From positions 16,552 through 80,551 of the forward strand of contig JBDTVS010000192.1 of assembly GCA_040007095.1 (NCBI GenBank): a DNA stretch of 64,000 nt, given 5' to 3'. This DNA is from Acidobacteriota bacterium (GTDB taxonomy: Bacteria; Acidobacteriota; Vicinamibacteria; Vicinamibacterales; CAVVIG01). Every line of letters begins with the position of its first letter. Within the stretch, counting starts at the first letter, position 1. Below are positions 1 to 7,086 of this stretch, in pieces. The notes beneath the pieces were generated by a model that worked only from the letters and a program-made list of their open reading frames with translations, did no database searches and had not been told where the DNA came from. The translations under genes were made by a program, and so were the position numbers.

Positions 1-469
1 ACTGGTCTTGCGAATTGTCTCTGAAATCGATCGTGTCGTGTTCCGTTGATTCCGCCCAACTTCATATGGCTCGAAGGCGCCAGTTGCCTGTCGGCTATCG
101 GTGCGCGCAGGCTCGCCCTGGAACGCAGTCCGCCACTCGCCGGCATTATTGCCGTCATTTGGTCCTGGTGCAACGGCTTCTCCTGCAAGGATTTACCCCA
201 ATTCAGTGACGCAGGACCCCCAAATTGGCGCCAGCGGCATCTGGCCGCGAATCCGTGGATAGCTGGAGGGAGCCATTCCCGGAACTCCTGTCTTGCGTCG
301 CCGGTGCCACTTGTCTGTCGACCTCGTCGCACGTGCTGGCGCTGCTGCTGCCGGATCGGACGGACTTCGCTTCATCGACGTCTCGGCAAGAAAGTAAAAC
401 GTCGATTCTCTTTCGTCCGGGGTATACACTTTCGCGAGCTGGACAGCTCCAGGGAGATGGAGGTTTCTC

Positions 470-853
470 ATGGTCTCGAGACGGTTCGTTCTTTCCATGG
501 CATTTGGTGTTCTGGCGGGCATGGCGCTGACGACGACGCCCGCGCTCGCGCATCATTCGACGGCGATGTACAACATGGCGACGCCGGTGACCGTGACCGG
601 AGTCGTCAAGAGATTCGAATGGACGAACCCCCACGCGTTCGTCTTCCTCGAGGTCAAAGACGACCAGGGCAACATGGTCGAGTGGGAAGTCGAAATGATG
701 AGCCTCAATCACCTCAGGGGGTACGGTTGGACCCGAAGCACCGTGAAACCCGGAGACGCGATTTCATGCACCGGCGGCGCGGCAAAGAGCGGGGCGCCCT
801 CCATGATCAGTTCGTACATGAAGTTGGGCGACGGCCGGATGATGAAGTCCTAG
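470..853 (+). CDS. small secreted protein, DUF6152-like
   Basis: 127-aa ORF with GGAGATGGAGG just upstream of the ATG. The signal peptide ends ..TPALA|HHS. It shares the pattern HHS..(25 aa)..NPH..LEVK..G..EW...PGD with the paralog at 22340-22753. Confidence 0.8.
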   Translation: MVSRRFVLSMAFGVLAGMALTTTPALAHHSTAMYNMATPVTVTGVVKRFEWTNPHAFVFLEVKDDQGNMVEWEVEMMSLNHLRGYGWTRSTVKPGDAISCTGGAAKSGAPSMISSYMKLGDGRMMKS

Positions 854-951
854 CAGGTTACTGACAAAGCCAGCAACCTGAACGTAGACGTGAGAACTCA
901 GAACGTTGAAGCGCAAATTCCCGAGCGATCTCGGCGTCCTTCCAAGTTCTG

Positions 952-991
952 ACTTTTGAGTTTTCAGTTCGGGCTGCGTCTTTCAGCAGCC
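952..991 (+). repeat. 40-nt hairpin-containing intergenic repeat (family 2, copy 1)
   Basis: acttttgagttttcagttcgggctgcgtctttcagcagcc matches the reverse complement of 31266-31305 at 39/40 positions. The stem GGCTGC/GCAGCC ends 4 nt before the GGAGG RBS of the next gene. Confidence 0.8.
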
Positions 992-1009
992 TGCTGGAGG
1001 AGCATGCAT

Positions 1010-2131
1010 ATGAAGGCGGTTCTTGGTTTCGCGATGATTTGTGCGTGCGCGTCGGCGGTGGTGTGGGCGCAGGCGCCCCCCTCCCAGACACCGGCTGCGG
1101 GCGGCCAGGATGCCCCGAAGGTTGCTCCGGGAGCAGTTCCCGCCGGCTTCGACGGGTCGGCCTATGCCAAGGCCAGAGATATCCCGGCGCGGATCATCAC
1201 CTTCACGGCGGAACCGGTCTCGCTTCGGGCCGGGCAGGCTTTCACGCTCGTGTGGCACACCGAAAACCCCGCCGGCGTCACGATCGATCCGGAGCCCGGG
1301 CGGGTCACGCCGCGTGGCAGTCGACGGTTGACGCCGACGGCGACGACCACCTACACACTGACCGTCCGCGGTCCGAACAATCAACAGCTCACCAAATCGG
1401 TGACCGTCAACGTGGCTGGAACCGCTCCCGCCGCCGCCGGCACCGTCGCCAGGAAACAGGTACCGCGAACCGCCGATGGCAAACCGGATTTTTCGGGGGT
1501 CTACGGTAGCGTGGCGGGCGGAGGCGGTGCCCGTGGTGCGGCTCCCGCAGCCGCGCCCGCTGGTGCGCGTGGAGCGGGGCCAGGCGCAGGCGCTGCCCCG
1601 GCCGGTCCGGTGTTGAAGGCAGGGGCCGAGAAATTCCGAATCGTACGCGCAGCCGACGACACCGGTGCGACCTCGAACTGCATGCCGCTGGTGCCGCCCC
1701 AGTCCTGGGGTGTGCCCTATCAGTTTCAGATGCTTCAGGGCGCGAATTACGTCGCGATCTTTCACGAGTATCCGGGTACCTTTCGCATCATCCCGACCGA
1801 CGGCAGCCCGCATCCGGTGGACCCCGATCCCAGCTGGCTGGGAGACTCGGTGGGGCATTGGGAAGGCGACACACTCGTCGTCGATACGATTGGCTTCAAC
1901 GACAAAACTGAACTTCAAGGTTTCCGGCACACCGAAGGCCTGCACATGATCGAGAAATTCCGCCGGACGGATTTCGACGTCGTGCAGTACGAACTGACGA
2001 TTGAAGACCCGAATGTCTTTGAAAAGCCCTACACACTCACGCGGACCTTCGGCCTGCGCGGCGACTTGAAGCGGATCGACGAATTCATCTGCGAGAACAA
2101 TCGCGATTACCGTCCGCTCTTCGGAAAGTAG
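1010..2131 (+). CDS. secreted protein: N-terminal Ig-like beta-sandwich domain plus WEGDTLVV-type domain (uncharacterised family)
   Basis: I chose the ATG at 1010 because GGAGG lies 9 nt upstream; the track ORF starts at 956. Signal peptide MKAVLGF..VWAQA. The core motif is DSVGHWEGDTLVVDTIGFNDKTEL..IEKFRR..TIEDPNVFEKPYT..FICENN, shared with four or more paralogs in the window. Confidence 0.8.
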   Translation: MKAVLGFAMICACASAVVWAQAPPSQTPAAGGQDAPKVAPGAVPAGFDGSAYAKARDIPARIITFTAEPVSLRAGQAFTLVWHTENPAGVTIDPEPGRVTPRGSRRLTPTATTTYTLTVRGPNNQQLTKSVTVNVAGTAPAAAGTVARKQVPRTADGKPDFSGVYGSVAGGGGARGAAPAAAPAGARGAGPGAGAAPAGPVLKAGAEKFRIVRAADDTGATSNCMPLVPPQSWGVPYQFQMLQGANYVAIFHEYPGTFRIIPTDGSPHPVDPDPSWLGDSVGHWEGDTLVVDTIGFNDKTELQGFRHTEGLHMIEKFRRTDFDVVQYELTIEDPNVFEKPYTLTRTFGLRGDLKRIDEFICENNRDYRPLFGK

Positions 2132-2215
2132 CGCACGCGCTGGTGGCTTGGAGCCGCTGAAGCGATACCACTTGCCCCCGTTGTTGACCGCGATGTTTCC
2201 GGCGCGACGGGCGGG

Positions 2216-2626
2216 GTGTCGCGCATGAATGTGCCTCTCAGCAATTCATGGATCTTTCCGATCGTCCAGTCGATCCATCTCGCGGGCATCGCCTGCATGG
2301 TCGGGGCCATCGTCCTGATCGACGTTCGTGTTCTTGGTTTTGCCCCGCGCGGTCGCTCTGTCGCACAACTCGCGGGTCAATTGGCGACGTGGTCGCGTGC
2401 GGGGTTGGCCGTCATGTTCACGACCGGGCCGATGTTGTTTTTCGCGGACGCGTCCAGATACTCGAGCAATCCGGCCTTTCGCGTGAAGATGGCCCTGCTG
2501 CTTGTTGCCCTCGTCTTTCATTTCACGATCCATCGTCAGCACACACGGCTGACGGCGATCGTGTCGATCGTGCTCTGGAGCGCGGTTGTGATTGGCGGGC
2601 GCGCGATCGCCGACTTTGATGTTTGA
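2216..2626 (+). CDS. integral membrane protein, DUF6644-like
   Basis: 136-aa hydrophobic ORF with motif FPIVQSIHLAGIACMVGAIVLIDVRVLGF. A tandem paralog follows. The start could instead be the ATG at 2225. Confidence 0.7.
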   Translation: MSRMNVPLSNSWIFPIVQSIHLAGIACMVGAIVLIDVRVLGFAPRGRSVAQLAGQLATWSRAGLAVMFTTGPMLFFADASRYSSNPAFRVKMALLLVALVFHFTIHRQHTRLTAIVSIVLWSAVVIGGRAIADFDV

Positions 2627-2963
2627 GTGGCTCAGGGAGTCCACGTGGGGATATCCCATCGTCGGCGCGATCCATGTGCTCGGCCTGGCATGGTTCGGCG
2701 CGGCTGTGCTGATCGTGGATCGACAGCTCCGCGCCTGGAAGGGGATCGGCCTGGCCATCATGTTGGCGACCGGGACGCTCCTCTTCGCGTTGCAGCCGGC
2801 TCGGTACTACACCGGTGTGTCGTTCCGAATCAAGATGCTGCTGCTGCTATTCCTGGGTGTGAACGCCGCAATCGCACGGACGCGGATCGGGCTCCCACGA
2901 AGCCTCGTTCTGGCTTTATGGGTGTGTGTCATCTTCGCTTCACGAGCGATCGCGTTTTTCTAG
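2619..2963 (+). CDS. integral membrane protein, DUF6644-like (tandem paralog)
   Basis: I chose the ATG at 2619 (MFEWLRESTWGYPIVGAIHVLGLAWFGAAVLIVDRQL). It overlaps the upstream stop by 8 nt (ATGTTTGA). The track start at 2592 is a TTG extension. Confidence 0.7.
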   Translation: MFEWLRESTWGYPIVGAIHVLGLAWFGAAVLIVDRQLRAWKGIGLAIMLATGTLLFALQPARYYTGVSFRIKMLLLLFLGVNAAIARTRIGLPRSLVLALWVCVIFASRAIAFF

Positions 2964-3039
2964 AAGCAAAATGCGACCGCGAAACCGCGAAAATTAGCCT
3001 GTCTTCGAGGCGGGCAGGGCGCGTGGTAACCTTGCGGCC

Positions 3040-3360
3040 ATGCCCGCCTCGACTGGAGATCCCCGGTTGGATCGCATCGTCGGCGACGTGGTCGCTCAGG
3101 CGGTGCGCTTGGTCGCCCCGAGGCAGATCTGGTTGTTCGGATCCCACGCGCGGGGTGGGGCGACCGCGACCTCCGATGTGGATCTCGCCTTCGATGTCCC
3201 CGCCCTTGACATGGGCGTCTGGGCGGCGTTCGTCCTCGAAGCCTCCGACGAAGTGCCCGCGCTAGTCGACTTGGATCTAGTCGACATCGCGACGTGCGCG
3301 CCCGCCCTGGCCCGAGAGATCGCCACGACAGGGCCCGTGGTCTACGAGCGCCACTTGTGA
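3040..3360 (+). CDS. MNT-type nucleotidyltransferase (antitoxin-like, HI0073 type)
   Basis: Contains the minimal nucleotidyltransferase motif LFGSHARGGATATSDVDLAF (GS-x9-11-DxD). It is paired with the downstream HEPN gene. Confidence 0.8.
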   Translation: MPASTGDPRLDRIVGDVVAQAVRLVAPRQIWLFGSHARGGATATSDVDLAFDVPALDMGVWAAFVLEASDEVPALVDLDLVDIATCAPALAREIATTGPVVYERHL

Positions 3361-3740
3361 CGACGAGGGCGCTCGACAACGCCGAGGCGGCCCTGGCCAA
3401 GCTCGTCGCCTTCGTGAGCGAGCCCGCCCCATCGGAGCGAGACCGCGCGGGCGTCATTCAGGCGTTCGAATTCACGTTTGAGGTCACATGGAAGCTCCTG
3501 AAGCTCATCGCCGAGCGGGAGGGCCTCGACGGCGAGTCACCCAAGCGTGCCCTGATCGCCGGTTACAAGTTGGGCCTGCTGCAAGACGAACAGCTCTGGC
3601 TCGAGATGCTCCAGGATCGAAGCCTGACCAGCCATGTCTACCACGCCGAGCTGGCCGACCGGATCTTCGAGGCGATCAGTACTCGGTACGCGGCGGCTCT
3701 GGCCGACGCCGTCAGACGGGCCGCAATCGCGATGCGTTGA
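3357..3740 (+). CDS. HEPN / HI0074-family nucleotidyltransferase substrate-binding protein (toxin-like)
   Basis: GTG at 3357 overlaps the upstream stop (GTGA). The Rx4H HEPN motif is present in LQDRSLTSHVY. The FEFTFEVTWKLLK helix is typical of the HI0074 family. Confidence 0.75.
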   Translation: MTTRALDNAEAALAKLVAFVSEPAPSERDRAGVIQAFEFTFEVTWKLLKLIAEREGLDGESPKRALIAGYKLGLLQDEQLWLEMLQDRSLTSHVYHAELADRIFEAISTRYAAALADAVRRAAIAMR

Positions 3741-4009
3741 ACACACCGGACCTAATCTCTGAGCGCGCCAGTGAGGCTTTGCCGGTCAGAGACGGAGAAC
3801 AGAGCTGTCCGCCGGCGATCTCGCGCACCTGCCAGCCCGCTCTTCGCCCGCCTCGAACTCGACGAGCACATTCGACTTCACGGCCGGTACCGAAACGTGG
3901 GTTATGTCTCGGTTCGATTGAGCGGCTGACGCCCAGATGACTAAACGAGCTTCACGCCGTGTTCGGCCATGGTCTTGGCGCCCGTCATGCCGAAGCCGCC
4001 CGACTCAGC

Positions 4010-4987
4010 TCACCGACGGACGACGAAGTTGCCTGCTTGGCCGCAGGAGTCGGTGCACGGCGGCGGTGGGACGTAGGTGTCCTTGATCTTCTTCCGATAT
4101 TCCGGGTAGAGCGTCTCGAGATAGCCGAGGACCGCCTCGCGCGGGAGGTGGTAGAGCTTCACGAACTCGTCCACGAACGGATTCTGATCCGGCGGATAGT
4201 GGGGCACGCTGTCGCCGGGTTCCCGTCCTTCATAGCCCGTCACGCAACCCGCGCGGTAGTCGAGCGGCGTTCGCGACAGCCGAAAGCCCTTGGAGACGAT
4301 CTCGGGCTCCACGAGGTAGACCGGATCGGTGGCCACCATCAGGACCGTCATGATGTCGCCGTGGCGGAAGAAGCGCCAGTCGATCGTGGCCCGGTCGGTC
4401 AACGGCACACCGGTCTTGCGGATGAAGCCCGCCTTCACGTGGGTCGTCCGCGCGGCGAGCGCGCCGCCTTCCCAGCGGCCGACCGTGAAGCCGGCCTGCG
4501 TGTGGAGCGCGTTCTCCGATGGCCGTGGACGGCCGTCCATCCAGATGACCATCTCGTTCCAGTCCTCCCACGCGGCGATCGTGATCGACACGACGCGGTT
4601 CGTCACGGGATCGGTCTGGCTCGTCACCCGCAGACCAAAAGGACCGAGCACCATGTAGGACGCACCCCAGCCGGCGCACTGGCGTTCGACCATCGATTTC
4701 TGCGATTCGTCGTAGGAGAGCGCCCGGATGCGGGCCTCGTCGGTCAGCGCGAGCCCGAGGTAGTCCACGGGCACCGAGTCGTTCTGCACGTCTTCGCTGC
4801 CGAGGGGCGCCCACGATCCGAGCATGTCGAACTGTGCCGACGCTCTGCCAGCGGTGAGGAGCACGAGCACGACGGCGACGGCCGTGCGGCAGCTGTTTCG
4901 AATTAGAGATTCGGCGATGAATCTCCCGAAGCGCGGCGCCCGCGTGGCAAGACGCGAGGCGCGAGAATTTACCAGGTTGATGAGCAT
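4010..4987 (-). CDS. secreted hypothetical protein, divergent member of the WEGDTLVV-type family
   Basis: The real part of the 580-aa track ORF starts at MLINLVNS (ATG 4987) and has a signal/TM segment AVAVVLVLLTAGRASAQ. Motifs are GRWEGGAL..VKAGFIRKTGVPLTDRATI..RFF..ATDPVYLVEP. The upstream portion of the track ORF is Arg-rich shadow frame. Confidence 0.7.
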   Translation of the reverse strand: MLINLVNSRASRLATRAPRFGRFIAESLIRNSCRTAVAVVLVLLTAGRASAQFDMLGSWAPLGSEDVQNDSVPVDYLGLALTDEARIRALSYDESQKSMVERQCAGWGASYMVLGPFGLRVTSQTDPVTNRVVSITIAAWEDWNEMVIWMDGRPRPSENALHTQAGFTVGRWEGGALAARTTHVKAGFIRKTGVPLTDRATIDWRFFRHGDIMTVLMVATDPVYLVEPEIVSKGFRLSRTPLDYRAGCVTGYEGREPGDSVPHYPPDQNPFVDEFVKLYHLPREAVLGYLETLYPEYRKKIKDTYVPPPPCTDSCGQAGNFVVRR

Positions 4988-5712
4988 GGTGTCGGATCCC
5001 ACTTCGAGCCGTCCGGCTCTTTCTTGAAGTGCGGGCTCACGATATACGGTCCCGTGAGGTACACAGGGTCGTCGACGGTGGTGGTGACGAGCAGCAGCCG
5101 GCCGTCGTCGGCGAGCGGTGCGATATCGAAGTTCTCCGTGACCGTCGCACGCTCGCTGTAAGGTACGCCGTTCTTCCGCAAGTAGCCGGCGCGCACGTTC
5201 GACGTGACGACGCGCAGGCTGCCGCCGCCGTCGGGTCCGTTGGCGCGTTCCCACGTCGCGCTCGACTCGCCCTGCCAACTCGGCGCCGATGCGGCCGCCC
5301 GGACCGAGAAATGGAACAGGCGCGTCTGCGTGCCCGCGTCGGTGTCGATGCGCAGCGTGTCGGCATCCTGCCAGGCGATGTGAAGGCGACCAGGCACACT
5401 CATGATCGTGCCCGCGCCATAGGACTTGCACTGGTTGCCCGCGCGATCGTCCGCGGCCGGATCCCAGTTGTTGATGAACGTTAGAGCGGCCGGCGAAACC
5501 GGAATGCGGCGATACTCGCCTTTGGCGGGCGTCACCATCCGGTAGCGCCAGTTCTCGGTCACGTACGAGACCCAGTAGCCCGTGAGGTCGATCGGCGCCG
5601 CCTCTCGCGCCGGCCTCGCTGGACCGCCGCCCCGCTGTTGCGCCCACACGGCCACCGATCCGCTGAAGGTCAGCAGAACGAGTGCGAGAACTGCGGGCGA
5701 CCGCGCTCTCAC
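4969..5712 (-). CDS. secreted hypothetical protein, paralog of 4010-4987
   Basis: GTG at 5712 overlaps the upstream stop (GTGA). Signal peptide VRARSPAVLALVLLTFSGSVAVWAQQ. Motifs are VRAGYLRKNGVPYSERATVTENF..VDDPVYLTGPY. Confidence 0.7.
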   Translation of the reverse strand: MRARSPAVLALVLLTFSGSVAVWAQQRGGGPARPAREAAPIDLTGYWVSYVTENWRYRMVTPAKGEYRRIPVSPAALTFINNWDPAADDRAGNQCKSYGAGTIMSVPGRLHIAWQDADTLRIDTDAGTQTRLFHFSVRAAASAPSWQGESSATWERANGPDGGGSLRVVTSNVRAGYLRKNGVPYSERATVTENFDIAPLADDGRLLLVTTTVDDPVYLTGPYIVSPHFKKEPDGSKWDPTPCSSTW

Positions 5713-6710
5713 GGCTTCTCCTTGGCGAGGCTCCGGTAGATCGCCTCCACAAAACGGTCCGTCGTCCATGCGCCGCCCTGGTTGCCGTAGCGTCCGACGT
5801 ATCCCTTCGCCGGCTGGGCAGCCTTGACCTCGGTGAGCGATCGTCCTGCTTTGATCAGATCGCGGACCCGATCGCGGATGATTGTCACCATGTCCCGGTA
5901 CTCGACGACGTCGTATTGATCGCAGAGGCGGCCGTGCCCGGGGACGACGATGGTGCCGGCCTCGCGAGTCACGACAGGCACCGAGGGGACGGCCAAATCG
6001 ACGAGGCGATTGAGCGCCGCAATCTCGCCCTGGATGCTGCCGCCGCGTTCGACGTCGATGACCGGAAACTGTCGTGTGTCGAGCACGTCGCCAGCGACGA
6101 CGACATCGGAGCGTCTGAAGAACGCGAGCACGTCGCTGTCGGTGTGCGCGGCCGGCTGGTGCAGCACCTCGATCGCCTCACCGTTCAGGTACATGGACTT
6201 TCGCGAATAGTGAAACACCTCGGTGGGCCAGCCGCCCGCCGGGGACTTGGCCATGTGCCGCAGCACGCCTTCGGCCGAGAGAATCGGAGCCACTGCATCT
6301 GCGGCGTTTGGTGCGCCGCCGCCGATGCCGCCGGCAAAGAGTTTTTCTCCGGCCTTCGCGAGCGCTTCGTTGCCGCCCACATGATCGGCGTCTGGTCCGG
6401 TGTCGATCACGTAACGAATGGGCTTCGACGAGATGCGTTTGATCGCGGCCAACACGGCCGGGGCGCTGGCCGCCGATCCGGCGTCCACCACCACGATGCC
6501 GTCGTCGCCCACCTGCACGCCGACGTTTGCCCCGGCGCCGGCGATGACGAAGAACGAGGGCCGAACCTCCAGGATTTCCAGGCCGTCGGACGGGACTCCC
6601 GCGGCCTGCGGCGCGGCGGCGCTCAGCGGCACGAGGCGATGTGGCAGCAGGAGTGTCGTACAGAGGGCTGCCATGGCGGTCACCCGCGCGCGGCGGCATC
6701 GTTCAGACAA
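5709..6710 (-). CDS. MBL-fold metallo-hydrolase with non-canonical metal motif
   Basis: MBL-like layout: IVVVDAGS.., DTGPDADHVGGN in place of THxHxDHxGG, then HTDSD and VPGHG. It carries an N-terminal signal-like segment. An alternative ATG start lies at 6674. Confidence 0.75.
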   Translation of the reverse strand: MSERCRRARVTAMAALCTTLLLPHRLVPLSAAAPQAAGVPSDGLEILEVRPSFFVIAGAGANVGVQVGDDGIVVVDAGSAASAPAVLAAIKRISSKPIRYVIDTGPDADHVGGNEALAKAGEKLFAGGIGGGAPNAADAVAPILSAEGVLRHMAKSPAGGWPTEVFHYSRKSMYLNGEAIEVLHQPAAHTDSDVLAFFRRSDVVVAGDVLDTRQFPVIDVERGGSIQGEIAALNRLVDLAVPSVPVVTREAGTIVVPGHGRLCDQYDVVEYRDMVTIIRDRVRDLIKAGRSLTEVKAAQPAKGYVGRYGNQGGAWTTDRFVEAIYRSLAKEKP

Positions 6711-7086
6711 GTCTGAGCCTCATTCTGCGCTGTGGCATCGCGGAGGGTAGCACACAATCTAGCAGGGCAGCCTTGATGCTCGTGCGGGCGAGTGAGCGGT
6801 GCCGAGGAATTCGTTCGGGGCTTCTCCGCGCGCACCACGGAGGGCGACTGTCGTCCCCACGTCTGCCTTCGCCGCCGCCTCTCGCATCCTCCCGGGGAAC
6901 GAAGACAAGGATGCCGCCTGCGGTCATCAAGATTGTATAAATTTCAGCTTGACCGTCGAGTCGGTGGCGTCTATGGTAGGGCCATCGAGACGAGCGGTTG
7001 TTCTCGCCGACTCCGATTCTTCTGGTGATTGCGCCGCGCCTGAGACCCCTGCCAGTACAACAAAGAAAAAGAAGTGGGGTGGACCA

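Noticed and set aside
1-469. Possible gene at the left edge of the window (track ORFs 15-209, 46-864, 193-522)
   Set aside because: No frame shows coding-like composition or a motif. The one long open minus frame (1-192) has no start codon within the window. I treat the region as non-coding or unresolved.
3911-3919. tRNA-like T-loop strings GGTTCGATT (also at 35331-35339)
   Set aside because: The flanks cannot form T-stem, acceptor or anticodon arms. No tRNA cloverleaf can be drawn at either site.
6799-7086. 5' extensions of track ORFs (6799-7086, 16479-16580, 21041-22135, 4988-5752, 60302-60616, 56556-56759, 50445-50603, 45991-46116)
   Set aside because: The extensions are Arg/Pro/Ser-rich and lack signal peptides. 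Internal ATG codons preceded by GGAGG-type sites give canonical signal peptides or family-typical N-termini. Several extensions also run through intergenic repeats.
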